From Flavobacteriales bacterium (GTDB lineage: Bacteria; Bacteroidota; Bacteroidia; Flavobacteriales_F; PHOS-HE28), in the NCBI GenBank assembly GCA_026129465.1, contig JAHCIA010000001.1, positions 2,181,964-2,245,963 on the forward strand: a stretch of 64,000 nucleotides of DNA, read 5' to 3'. Made by a program: the position numbers and the translations under genes. The notes beneath the pieces were generated by a model, which saw nothing but the letters and a program-made list of their open reading frames with translations, searched no databases and was not told the origin of the DNA. Positions 50,885 to 60,931 of the stretch are shown in pieces; the stretch's first letter is position 1, and each line of letters starts with the position of its first letter.

Positions 50885-52603
50885 ATGTCCAAGAACATCT
50901 CCTCCCTTTCCGGCCGGCCGGACAAGGAACTGAAGGATCCCCTCTGGGAACGCCTGCAACAGGCCGCTGAAGCGAACGACGGAGCACCCGCCCCCGAGGC
51001 CCTCACCGAAACAGCCGACGACTTCCTCATCGGTGAGGCCATCACCTACGGAACGTCATCCTTCTACGACTTCCTGAAGCGCGAGAACAAAGGCATCAAG
51101 GCCTACGTGTGCAATGGCAGCACCTGCCTGGTGGCGGGCACGCAGGACAAGGTGCACCACGAACTCAGCAAGCATTTCAAGACCGAGGAGATCGGCCACA
51201 TGTGCTGCCTGGGGCGGTGCCATGAGAATAGCGCATTCAACATCGGAGGCCACAACTACAGCGGGGATGCGATCACCAACCTGGACGAGATCATCACCGC
51301 ACCTCCGGCACCGTCGACCCTCCGGGTCGACATAGGTGCATACCCGAACATGGATGCCTACCACGTCGGCACCTCCATGGAGTGGCCGATCCTCACCGCG
51401 CCGATGGCCCATGAGCTTGCGGACCACTATGCGCTTTGGGAGCGCGTGCTGAAGAGCAACCCCGAGGACATCCTCAACGAGATCAAGGTCGCGAACATCC
51501 GGGGGCGCGGCGGCGCGGGCTTCCCGATGGGTTTCAAGCTGCAGGCCTGCCGCGATGCGCAGGACGTGAGCGGCGGCGAAGGCACGCGCAAGTACATCGT
51601 GTGCAACGCCGATGAGGGCGATCCCGCCGCCTTCAGCGACCGCTACCTGCTGGAGCAACGGCCGCATCTGGTGTTGCTGGGCATGATGATCGCCGGCTAT
51701 TGCGTGGGTGCCGACACCGGCGTGCTCTACATCCGCGCCGAGTACCCCGAAGCGGTGGAGATCGTGAAGCAGGCCATCGCCGATCTGGAAGCGAACGGAT
51801 GGATCGGCAACGACATCAAGGGCAGCGGCTTCAACTACCGTTTCAAGGTGATCAAGGCCGCGGGCAGCTACGTGTGCGGCGAGGAAACGGCGCTGCTCAA
51901 CAGCATCGAAGGCAAGCGCGGCGAAGTGCGTACCCGTCCGCCGTACCCGGCACAGCAGGGCCTCTTCAATCGTCCCACGGTGGTGAACAACGTGGAGACG
52001 CTGGCCTGTGTGCCCTGGGTGATCGAGAACGGCGGCGCCAACTTCGCGCTGCTCGGCAGTGAGAAGAGCAACGGCACCAAGCTCGTGAGCCTGGACAGCG
52101 CCTTCAATCGCCCAGGCATCTACGAAGTGGAGTGCGGCACACCGCTGCGCACCGTGATCGACGACCTTGGTCAGGGCTTCAAGAAGAAGGTGAAGGCCCT
52201 GCACATCGGCGGTCCCTTGGGCGGCATCGTGCCCATGAGCAAGATCGACGCGTTGAGCATCGACTTCGAATCGTTCCAGAAGGAGGGCTTCCTGCTCGGC
52301 CACGCCAGTGTGCTCTGCATCCCGGAGGACTTCCCGATGGTGGAATACCTCGAGCACCTCTTCGAGTTCACCGCCGTGGAAAGCTGCGGCAAGTGCTTCC
52401 CCTGCCGCATCGGCAGCAAGCGCGGCGAGGAGCTGCTGCACAAGGCCCGCACCGAGGGCGTCAAGATCGACCGTGCGCTGTTCAACGACCTGGTGGAGAC
52501 CATGGAGATCGGCAGCCTGTGCGCGCTGGGCGGAGGATTGCCGCTGGGGGTGAAGAACGCGCTGCAGTACTTCCGGGGGGAGCTGGAGGGGTACTTCCGC
52601 TGA
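50885..52603 (+). CDS. NuoE-NuoF fusion-type NAD(H)-binding flavoprotein (formate dehydrogenase beta/gamma-like subunit).
   Basis: Start MSKNISSL. Thioredoxin-like 2Fe-2S region (CNGSTC...CCLGRCH). 51-kDa FMN/NAD motifs (GRGGAGFPMGFK). 4Fe-4S motif ESCGKCFPCR. Confidence 0.8.
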   Translation: MSKNISSLSGRPDKELKDPLWERLQQAAEANDGAPAPEALTETADDFLIGEAITYGTSSFYDFLKRENKGIKAYVCNGSTCLVAGTQDKVHHELSKHFKTEEIGHMCCLGRCHENSAFNIGGHNYSGDAITNLDEIITAPPAPSTLRVDIGAYPNMDAYHVGTSMEWPILTAPMAHELADHYALWERVLKSNPEDILNEIKVANIRGRGGAGFPMGFKLQACRDAQDVSGGEGTRKYIVCNADEGDPAAFSDRYLLEQRPHLVLLGMMIAGYCVGADTGVLYIRAEYPEAVEIVKQAIADLEANGWIGNDIKGSGFNYRFKVIKAAGSYVCGEETALLNSIEGKRGEVRTRPPYPAQQGLFNRPTVVNNVETLACVPWVIENGGANFALLGSEKSNGTKLVSLDSAFNRPGIYEVECGTPLRTVIDDLGQGFKKKVKALHIGGPLGGIVPMSKIDALSIDFESFQKEGFLLGHASVLCIPEDFPMVEYLEHLFEFTAVESCGKCFPCRIGSKRGEELLHKARTEGVKIDRALFNDLVETMEIGSLCALGGGLPLGVKNALQYFRGELEGYFR

Positions 52604-52639
52604 GCGAACCGCGGATGAATGCACCGCTGGCGCGGTGAA

Positions 52640-52840
52640 ATGCCAAGTGCAGCCGCAGATGACGCAGATGGATACACCGTGCGCGCGGTGGCAAGCTGAA
52701 TGCAAGCCGCAGATGGCGCAGATGAATGCGCACTTCGAGAACACACCTGCCTGCTCTTCACCCCATTGCATTCCCTACCTCAGCGGCGGTAGCCGCTCAA
52801 ATCTGCGTCATCTGCGGCCGCATTTTCTTCCCATACGATC
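52640..52840 (+). repeat. Left repeat block of a MITE-like element: CGCAGATG-type tandem motifs, a hairpin AGCGGC-GGTA-GCCGCT and an inverted arm CAAATCTGCGTCATCTGCGGC.
   Basis: Directly similar (about 75% over ~150 bp) to the block at 53270-53440. Terminal inverted-repeat arms GCCGCAGATGACGCAGATG / CAAATCTGCGTCATCTGCGGC. Confidence 0.6.
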
Positions 52841-52858
52841 AGCGGCTACTTTCACGTC

Positions 52859-53239
52859 ATGGATATACGCGACCCGCAGACGCACGCCATCATCGGCGCT
52901 GCCATGACCGTCCACTCCGAACTGGGGCCGGGGTTCCTGGAGAGCGTCTATCACCAAGCGATGGCCATTGAAATGACGCTCCTCGACATTCCATTCGAAC
53001 GGGAAGTGATGCTGCCCGTCTTCTACAAAGGCCAGCGGCTCGATGCGTTCTTCCGCGCCGACTTCATCTGCTATGGCGAGGTCGTTGTGGAACTGTAAGC
53101 CATCAGCAACACGACCAAGGCCGACGAAGCACAACTCCTCCACTACCTCAAGACAACGGACCTGCAACGCGGCCTACTGCTGAACTTCGGAGCCAAGAGC
53201 CTGCAATACCACCGGAAAGTATTGGGTTACGAGGAATGA
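52859..53239 (+). pseudogene. GxxExxY-family (PD-(D/E)XK-like, PDDEXK_3) protein gene with an in-frame TAA at 53096-53098.
   Basis: Motif GPGFLESVY. The frame continues after the TAA as AISNTTKADEAQLLHYLKTTDLQRGLLLNFGAK... to TGA 53237-53239. The TAA sits where Lys of the conserved ELKA would be. Confidence 0.6.
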
Positions 53240-53269
53240 CCCGCGACGCTCCAACCGCAGAGTCTGCAT

Positions 53270-53505
53270 AAGCTCAGAATACAAGCCGCAGATTTCGCAG
53301 ATGACGCAGATGAATGCGAACGTCGAACGGACAGCTGCATTCTCATCCACTCACCACTCATTTCCTCCTAAGCGGCGGTAGCCGCTCAAATCTGCGTAAT
53401 CCGCGAGATCTGCGGCTGCATTCCCCTCCCATGCCCATCCACGTCTGGACCCCAAGCGGCGTTAGCCGCTCAAATCTGCGGCATCTGCGTAATCTGCGGC
53501 TGTAT
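53270..53505 (+). repeat. Right repeat block, homologous to 52697-52840, plus an extra hairpin-arm copy at 53452-53502.
   Basis: Same hairpin AAGCGGCGGTAGCCGCTCAAATCTGCG. Flanks the GxxExxY gene as a direct repeat of the left block. Confidence 0.6.
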
Positions 53506-53585
53506 TTGAAAGCGCCGCAGGCGCCCCCTCCCCATCTGTGGCCCTACCCACCCCTTCCTATCTTCGTGTCTCAACCCTTCCGCCC

Positions 53586-56522
53586 ATGACCCGGATGCCC
53601 GATGCCCGCGCCAAAGCCGAGGCCACGCCCATCACCGCCACCGGCACCGACGTCGCCTACATCAACGGCGAGGCGCACCCCATCATCCAGGGCGAGACCA
53701 TCCTCGACCTGCTGCGCCGCACCATGGGTCCCGAGCCGGTACCTACGCTCTGCGACGCGCCCAACCTGGAGCCTTTCGGAAGCTGCCGCGTGTGCAGCGT
53801 GGAGGTGGCACTTGCGGCCGACGGTCCCACCCGCGTGATGGCCAGTTGTCACACGCCCGTGGCCAAGGGGCAGTTCATCACCACCCACAGCGAGCGCATG
53901 AAGCGCCTGCGCAAGAACATCGTGGAACTGGTGCTCACCAGCTACCCGGTGGAGAAGCTGAAGACCGAGGACCACGGCGCCAACGAGCTCTACAACGTGG
54001 TGCAGCAGATCGACTTCGATGTGGACAGCGTGCGCTACCCCAAGGGCGCACACCCGCTGGATGCCGCCGGTCCGGATGCGCGCTTCGCGAAGGACACCAG
54101 CCACCCCTACATGGTGAGCGACCTGGAGAGCTGCATCAACTGCTACCGCTGCGTGCGCGCCTGCGACGAGGTGCAGGGTGAGATGGTGCTCACCATGGCC
54201 GGACGCGGCTTCAACAGCTGGATCGCGAAGGGCACCGGCGAAAGCTTCAAGGACAGCGACTGCGTGAGCTGCGGCGCCTGTGCACAGGCCTGCCCCACCA
54301 GCGCCATCACTGATGTGTTCAAGAGCAAAGAGACGAAGGCCGATGAAGTGGTGCGCACCATCTGCACCTACTGCGGCGTGGGTTGCAACCTGGAGGTGAA
54401 GGTGAAGGACGGTCGCGTGGCCGCCATCACAGCACCCTACAATGCGGCATCGAACCAGGGACACACCTGTTTGAAAGGCCGCTACGCCTTCCGCTTCTAC
54501 GACCACCCGGAACGGTTGCGCACACCGCTGATCCGCAAGAACGGAGAACTCGTTCCCGCTACTTGGGATGAAGCCTATAACTACATCGCGGACCGTTTCG
54601 CAGAGATCGTGGAGAAGCACGGCGGCGATGCCATCGGTGGCGTCAGCAGCGCGCGCTGCCCCAACGAGGAGAATTACCTGATGCAGAAATTCTTCCGCGT
54701 ACAGGCCGGCACCAACAACATCGACAGCTGCGCACGTGTGTGCCACAGCCCCACGGCCCTCGGCATGCAGAAGACCTTCGGCACGGGCGCGGCGACGAAC
54801 AGCATCATCGACTTGGAGTACACCGACACCATCATGGTGATCGGCGCCAACCCCACCGACGCGCACCCGGTGACCGGCGCCAAGATCAAGCAGCAGATCA
54901 TGAAGGGCAAGACGCTCATCGTGATCGACCCGCGCCGCACCGAGCTGGCACGTTACGCGCAGTTCCACCTACAGCTGAAGCCGGGCACCAACGTGGCGCT
55001 GCTCAACCTATTCATGCACTACATCGTGAGCGAGGGGCTGGTGAAGCAGGAGTTCATCGACATGCGCACGGAGGGTTGGGAGGACTTCAAGCGTGAGCTG
55101 CTCACCGTGGACATCGCCGCCATGGAGCGCGAGACCGGCGTGGACCGCGAGCTGGTGCGCAAGGCCGCCATCGCCTACGCCAGCTCAGCGAACGCCATGA
55201 GCTTCCACGGCCTGGGCGTCACCGAACATTTCCAGGGCACCTTCACCGTGATGCAGATCGCCGACATCGCCATGATGACCGGCAACATCGGTCGCCGCGG
55301 CGTGGGCGTGAACCCCCTGCGCGGACAGAACAACGTGCAGGGCGCCGCCGACATGGGCTGCCAGCCCCACCAAGGCGCCGGCTACTTCGCGGTGGACAAT
55401 CCCGAGTACGCGGAGCTCTACAACACTTTCTACGGCGTGGACGTGCCCAGCCACGTCGGCTGGAAGATCCCCCAGATGTACGATGCCGCGATCGCCGGCA
55501 AGCTCAAGGCCATGTGGGTGATCGGCGAGGACATGGGCCAGACGGACCCCAACACCAACCACGTGCGCAAGGCCCTCGGCGCGCTCGAACTCTTCGTGGT
55601 GCAGGAGCTCTTCATGACCGAGACCGCCAAGCTCGCTCACGTGGTGCTGCCCGGCGCCAGCTTCTTGGAGAAGAGCGGCACCTTCACCAACGGCGAGCGC
55701 CGCATCCAACGTGTCAACGCTGCCGTGCCACCCGTGGAAGGCACCAAGCCCGATGGCCAGATCATCTGCGACATCATGGAGCGTTATGCGAAGAAGACCG
55801 GTCGCGCGAGTGGGAACCAATACGGCCTCACCCCCGGCCCCTCTCCCAAGGAGAGGGGGGAAATGCCCGGTACCGGAAACGTAGGCAGTGAGCGAGGAGC
55901 CAAGTTCGGTGTATATGATCCAAGCTGGGTGCTCACCGAGATCAGCCGCATCGTGCCTTTCTTCAAGGGTGTGAAGTGGGACGAGCTCGGCATCAACGGC
56001 AAGCAGTGGCCCGTGGCCGAGGACGGCAAAGGCACCGAGATCCTGCACACCGAGACCTTCAAGCGCGGTCGCGGCCAGTTCATCTTCAACGCCTGGGAGA
56101 AGAGTCCCGAGGTGCGCACGAATGAGCAGGACTATCCCTACATCATCACCACCAACCGCGAGCTGGAGCACTACAACTGCGGCGCCATGACGCGGCGTAC
56201 CGGCAACGGCGAGATCCTCACCGAGGACGTGCTCCTCATCAACCCCGAGGATGCCGCCAGGAACGGCATCGCCGAGGGCGACATGGTGTGCGTGGAAAGC
56301 CCGCGCGGCAAGGTGGACATCAAGGCCCGCATCACCGATGAAGTGAAGCCCGGCATTCTCAGCAGCACCTTCCACTTCCCGGAGATCATGTTGAACATCA
56401 TAACCAGCAGCGTGAGCGACAGTCTGGCGATGTGCCCGGAGTACAAGGTGGTGACGTGTCGGATCCGGAAGGCGAAGAAGGCGCATTTGCGGAAGGCGGG
56501 GGAGGTGGTGGAGAAGGCTTAG
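53586..56522 (+). CDS. Formate dehydrogenase alpha subunit (molybdopterin oxidoreductase with N-terminal 2Fe-2S and 4Fe-4S domains, NAD-dependent FdsA type).
   Basis: Motifs CINCYRCVRACDEVQG, CVSCGACAQACP and TICTYCGVGCNL. Molybdopterin-binding domains. C-terminal MopB beta-barrel. Confidence 0.85.
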   Translation: MTRMPDARAKAEATPITATGTDVAYINGEAHPIIQGETILDLLRRTMGPEPVPTLCDAPNLEPFGSCRVCSVEVALAADGPTRVMASCHTPVAKGQFITTHSERMKRLRKNIVELVLTSYPVEKLKTEDHGANELYNVVQQIDFDVDSVRYPKGAHPLDAAGPDARFAKDTSHPYMVSDLESCINCYRCVRACDEVQGEMVLTMAGRGFNSWIAKGTGESFKDSDCVSCGACAQACPTSAITDVFKSKETKADEVVRTICTYCGVGCNLEVKVKDGRVAAITAPYNAASNQGHTCLKGRYAFRFYDHPERLRTPLIRKNGELVPATWDEAYNYIADRFAEIVEKHGGDAIGGVSSARCPNEENYLMQKFFRVQAGTNNIDSCARVCHSPTALGMQKTFGTGAATNSIIDLEYTDTIMVIGANPTDAHPVTGAKIKQQIMKGKTLIVIDPRRTELARYAQFHLQLKPGTNVALLNLFMHYIVSEGLVKQEFIDMRTEGWEDFKRELLTVDIAAMERETGVDRELVRKAAIAYASSANAMSFHGLGVTEHFQGTFTVMQIADIAMMTGNIGRRGVGVNPLRGQNNVQGAADMGCQPHQGAGYFAVDNPEYAELYNTFYGVDVPSHVGWKIPQMYDAAIAGKLKAMWVIGEDMGQTDPNTNHVRKALGALELFVVQELFMTETAKLAHVVLPGASFLEKSGTFTNGERRIQRVNAAVPPVEGTKPDGQIICDIMERYAKKTGRASGNQYGLTPGPSPKERGEMPGTGNVGSERGAKFGVYDPSWVLTEISRIVPFFKGVKWDELGINGKQWPVAEDGKGTEILHTETFKRGRGQFIFNAWEKSPEVRTNEQDYPYIITTNRELEHYNCGAMTRRTGNGEILTEDVLLINPEDAARNGIAEGDMVCVESPRGKVDIKARITDEVKPGILSSTFHFPEIMLNIITSSVSDSLAMCPEYKVVTCRIRKAKKAHLRKAGEVVEKA

Positions 56523-56617
56523 GCTTCCGACAGCCCAGCCTCAGTTGTTTTCCGAATAGCCGGATCGGCGGATCATTCACTAGGGTTCGATATGTTCGTA
56601 GGTCAGAATCCCATGCT

Positions 56618-59600
56618 ATGATCCTCAAGACCATGCTGGACCGGCTTCACGCGAGCCTCACTTCAGGTCCTTCGCTAAACGCACGTCCGCACAATAGCCG
56701 CCAACGGATGGATGTGATGGAGCTTCAGCACCTCAAGAGTATTAACCCGGCGAAGCTGATCGCCACTCTGCTCAATGGAAAGGGAGTGACCGAGGTACCG
56801 GCCAAGGTGCCTGTGTTCGTGAAACCCGAAGTGCCCGAAGAGCAATGGAGTGATGAGCAGAAGAAGGCGAAAGCCCTGCACGACCGTCAAGCGCGCGTGC
56901 TTAACAAATTGCGCGAAATAGCTGAGGACGCGAACGACTACTACAATGATCACGGTGAGCAAGCGCTTTTCATCGGATTCCCGCTCGTGTCAATTCCATC
57001 ACGTAGCGATCGCGGCGCCGCAACGAAAAGAGTCCTTGCTCCAGCATTGCTGTTGCCCATCAACATGCGTGTGCGACGGGGTGCAGGCGCAGGCGTTACG
57101 ATCGAGCTTATTGGAGATGGTGCGGATCTGATCCAGCCAAACCCCGGACTGCTCGCTTGGATCGAACAACAGACAGGTAAGAACACGGACGACCTATTCG
57201 CTGATGATGCCGGTGAGGAACCATGGAGAGAGATCGCCGAGGTGCTGGCGCGGATCGAACAAGCTGCTGGCATCGACAAGCCAGCGCCATTTACTTCGGA
57301 TAGTCTCCTGCAAGCTGCTCCAAAGACCGAAGACCTGCCTAACGAACCGGTCGTTCTGCCAAGTGCCGTTCTCGGCCTCTTTCCGCTGACGAATCCAGGG
57401 TTGTTGCGTGATACGAAATGGATGCTCGAAAAGGAGGTAGAGCTGATCGGACCGGTCAAGGCATTTCTCACCCCGGATGCATTAGCTGAACCCGAGGACA
57501 TCATCTTGCCTGAAGTGGTTGAACATGAGAATACGATATCTGGGGTCCCCACACCAACAAAGGACTTCTCCAATGAGCTACTGGTGACCCATGCGGACCC
57601 ATGTCAAGCAGAAGCCGTGCATCACGCGCGCATGAGCCAAGCATTGGTTGTTCACGGACCGCCCGGTACTGGAAAGAGCCAGACGATCGCGAACATTATC
57701 GGAGACCACTTGGCGCGGGAGCAGCGCGTACTCTTCGTTTGCGACAAGCGGACAGCGCTTGATGTGGTGAAGTACCGCTTAGATAGCATGGGGCTTGGAG
57801 GTCTGTGCGGGGTGGTACATGACCCGCAGCGCGACCGTAAGGACCTCTATCTGAAGATGCGAGAACAGCTTGAGCAGCTGGCCGAGGAGAAACCTCTACC
57901 GGACCCAGCGTCAACCCTCTCATTGATCAATGACCGATTGAATCTCCTGCACCGTGAGCTTCGTGGGTATTTCGACCGGCTGCACATAGAGGCTACTGAC
58001 AGCCCCTCATTTCATCGACTTTGCGGCGACTGGCTTGAACTACACTTGAATGAAGTCGCAACCCTGCCGGTTGTTGCGGGACTAACGGCCGAATTGATCG
58101 AGAGGAACCGCACTGACATTGAAGAGATCACCAAACGAGCCATCAAAGCCCGCTGGCCCGAAAGTCCCTTGCGAGACTCGCTCCGCATGACCCTTTTGGA
58201 GTATCAGTCTATCGACGTCCGGCGCCTCAATGCCGACTTGGCCGATGCGATGAAGGCGGCCTTGATGATCGATGCTGAACACGGGCAGAATGAACTTCCC
58301 TTGCCGGAAGTCGAACCCTTCGATCGCATTGCCGAGGCGCGCAAATCATTGGCTGAAGCAATGACCAAGGCAACGGCCCAAGCACCGCTGGAGTTGGTTG
58401 GTCCGATACAGCAGTTGTCAGACCGGTCGGTATTGACGAAGGAGATCGAACTGCATCAAAAGGACCTTGGGCCTTTGGAGCGAGCACTTGATCGCGAGAT
58501 CCACTTGCAGCTTGGCGGGCGTGCGCCTGAACTGACGGTGTGTAACCAACACCTGCTTCGGATTAAGGAATGGGAGGTGGTAAGCACAAGTTGGCGACGG
58601 TGGTTCGCGGGGAAGGTGAAACGTGCGGCCAAGGAAGCACTGGAACCTCTAGGGCTGGGCTTGCTCCAAGAAGATATCCAACGGGCCAAGGCTTACCTCG
58701 AAGGCTCACGTGTGCGCCATATTTGGACAGATTTGTATAGCCGGACGGCGGGGTCAACAGGATCAACCTCCCTTGACGATCAGACCTTGCTCCGCTTCGC
58801 AAAGGGTGCGCCTGGCCTGTGCGCGTTGATGGACCAAGTCCATCTCCCGATCCACAGCTCGATACGAGATCTTGCCTTTGCTTCGATGCGGTCAAGCAAT
58901 GACATGCTCGGGTTTGCAGAACGGCTGCATTCGTCAGCACGCTTGAGCACCGCGCTCCATGAGCTACAGAAGAAGTTGACGGGGCTTGGACTTTTTACGG
59001 ACAGTATCGTCTCGGCCCGGCTAGATGAAATGAGGAAAGGGCACTCAATGGCTTCCTGGTTGGACCGTGTCATTGAATTCTTGCCCACCTTGGAGGATGC
59101 CATGCGAATGCTTGATCGCTTTTCCACACTTCCTGACCCTTTGAAAGAGGCTATGAAAGCGGTCCTTGCTCAAGGGTTGTCCTTTGAGTTCGCAGAACCT
59201 GCGCTTCGCAGCATTGCACTTCAGCTAGCCATCAGCGACAGGCTGAAGGCTGACCCGGAGCTATCGCGGATTGATACGGAAAGAATTGAGGCTGGCTTCT
59301 CAGAATTACTTGCACGCACCCAAGAGAAGACAGAGCGTGTACGCGACCGAATCATGCACCTATGGCAGAAGCGCTGGCGGCGAAGACTGCTTGCTTCTAC
59401 GGGAGGTCGGCTCAATAACCTTGGCGCGGCTCTGCGCCAGCGGCTCTTCGTCCGGGGCCAAAAGGCCATGAAGCTGCGCCAGATGATCGCAAGTGGAGCA
59501 AGCACTCCGGACGGCGATCCGCTGTTCGATCTGTGCCCAGTGTGGATGGCAAGTCCTTCCACTGTAGCTCAGATCTTTCCTCGAGAGCCTCTGTTCGATG

Positions 59601-60931
59601 TCATCGTCTTTGATGAAGCGAGTCAATGCAGACTTGAAGAGGCCCTCCCTGTCCTGCTAAGAGGTAAACGTGTGGTCATAGCCGGAGACCCCAAGCAACT
59701 GCCCCCAACACGCTTCTTTGAAGGAGCGCTAACGGAGAGCGACGACAGCGATGCGGAAACGGCTGAGGATCTATTCGTGAGCCGCCAGTCCCAAGCGGAA
59801 GACCTGCTTAGCTCTGCGTTGAACCTCAATGTGCAGGAAGCGTTCCTGGATGTCCACTACCGCTCTCGCAATGAAGGGCTGATCGGCTTCAGTAATGATG
59901 CATTCTATGGCAGTCGCTTGCAGCCTATCCCGGGGCATCCGAAGAACAAACTGATGAGGACTCCCATTGAGCTCATCCGTGTGGATGGAACGTATGTCGA
60001 CCGGACCAACCCGAAAGAAGCGGAAGCCGTCGTTGACTTGGTGGCTGCACTTTTGAACCAAGACACCCCGCCCTCTATAGGTGTAGCATGTTTCAATATC
60101 ACCCAGCGCGACGCCATCTTGGATGCACTGGACAAACGGGCTTCAGAGAGCGCGGACTTTGCCATGCGCTTGCAGAATGCGCGTCAACGGAGGGGCAGGG
60201 ATTCCTTCGAGGGGCTCTTCGTGAAGAACCTGGAGAACGTCCAAGGTGATGAGCGCGACCACATGATCATCTGTACCACCTTCGGGTTGGACAAGGAGGG
60301 CAAGTTCCGCCGAAATTTCGGTGCGCTTTCTCGGGCCGGCGGCGAACGTCGCTTGAATGTGCTCGTGACAAGGGCTCGGGACAAGGTGCATGTGCTGACC
60401 TCTATCCCTCGCTCTGAGTACGTGAGCACAACACCCCTGGCCGAAGGCCAGAGCATGACCGGGCGTCATCATCTGTACGGCTATCTGCGATATGCAGAGT
60501 ACTTGGCGGAGGTCTTCAAGAAATGGCAGGATGAGGTGAACGCGTTGCATGATCGGATTATTTCGGATAGTGAAGTGCAGGAGACAAAGGCCCCCTCACG
60601 GGTCGCCGAAAGCCTTGGCAGCTGGTTCAGCGAGAAGCACGGCATCGGCAACTGTGTCTACTGGGGGAATGATGGATTCTGTGTGGATATTGCGCTGACA
60701 CATCCTGGACATCCAGCCGACGTGACCATTGGCGTGCTCACGGACTTTACACGCTATCGGAAGACTCCGGACCCGATCGCATGGGAGCTTTTCAGAAGCA
60801 CCGTTCTGCTCTCCCAAGGTTGGGATCTACACAGGCTTTGGACGCCTGCGCTGTTCAAGGATCACGGGAAGCACTTGGCGGATATCCGAGGACGGCATCA
60901 GGCTGTTGCCATGACCGCTCAGGTGAACTGA
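56618..60931 (+). CDS. DUF4011 / SF1 DNA helicase (AAA_11 + AAA_12) / DUF3320 large protein, 1437 aa.
   Basis: Walker A (VHGPPGTGKSQT), Walker B (VIVFDEASQ), motif VI (NVLVTRARDKVHV) and a C-terminal DUF3320-like region. Confidence 0.7.
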   Translation: MILKTMLDRLHASLTSGPSLNARPHNSRQRMDVMELQHLKSINPAKLIATLLNGKGVTEVPAKVPVFVKPEVPEEQWSDEQKKAKALHDRQARVLNKLREIAEDANDYYNDHGEQALFIGFPLVSIPSRSDRGAATKRVLAPALLLPINMRVRRGAGAGVTIELIGDGADLIQPNPGLLAWIEQQTGKNTDDLFADDAGEEPWREIAEVLARIEQAAGIDKPAPFTSDSLLQAAPKTEDLPNEPVVLPSAVLGLFPLTNPGLLRDTKWMLEKEVELIGPVKAFLTPDALAEPEDIILPEVVEHENTISGVPTPTKDFSNELLVTHADPCQAEAVHHARMSQALVVHGPPGTGKSQTIANIIGDHLAREQRVLFVCDKRTALDVVKYRLDSMGLGGLCGVVHDPQRDRKDLYLKMREQLEQLAEEKPLPDPASTLSLINDRLNLLHRELRGYFDRLHIEATDSPSFHRLCGDWLELHLNEVATLPVVAGLTAELIERNRTDIEEITKRAIKARWPESPLRDSLRMTLLEYQSIDVRRLNADLADAMKAALMIDAEHGQNELPLPEVEPFDRIAEARKSLAEAMTKATAQAPLELVGPIQQLSDRSVLTKEIELHQKDLGPLERALDREIHLQLGGRAPELTVCNQHLLRIKEWEVVSTSWRRWFAGKVKRAAKEALEPLGLGLLQEDIQRAKAYLEGSRVRHIWTDLYSRTAGSTGSTSLDDQTLLRFAKGAPGLCALMDQVHLPIHSSIRDLAFASMRSSNDMLGFAERLHSSARLSTALHELQKKLTGLGLFTDSIVSARLDEMRKGHSMASWLDRVIEFLPTLEDAMRMLDRFSTLPDPLKEAMKAVLAQGLSFEFAEPALRSIALQLAISDRLKADPELSRIDTERIEAGFSELLARTQEKTERVRDRIMHLWQKRWRRRLLASTGGRLNNLGAALRQRLFVRGQKAMKLRQMIASGASTPDGDPLFDLCPVWMASPSTVAQIFPREPLFDVIVFDEASQCRLEEALPVLLRGKRVVIAGDPKQLPPTRFFEGALTESDDSDAETAEDLFVSRQSQAEDLLSSALNLNVQEAFLDVHYRSRNEGLIGFSNDAFYGSRLQPIPGHPKNKLMRTPIELIRVDGTYVDRTNPKEAEAVVDLVAALLNQDTPPSIGVACFNITQRDAILDALDKRASESADFAMRLQNARQRRGRDSFEGLFVKNLENVQGDERDHMIICTTFGLDKEGKFRRNFGALSRAGGERRLNVLVTRARDKVHVLTSIPRSEYVSTTPLAEGQSMTGRHHLYGYLRYAEYLAEVFKKWQDEVNALHDRIISDSEVQETKAPSRVAESLGSWFSEKHGIGNCVYWGNDGFCVDIALTHPGHPADVTIGVLTDFTRYRKTPDPIAWELFRSTVLLSQGWDLHRLWTPALFKDHGKHLADIRGRHQAVAMTAQVN

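Noticed and set aside
52640-53505. Possibility that the CGCAGATG/hairpin repeats are a CRISPR array.
   Set aside because: The units are not equal-length direct repeats with regular unique spacers. They are two ~150-bp homologous blocks with inverted arms flanking a protein gene, and there are no cas genes.
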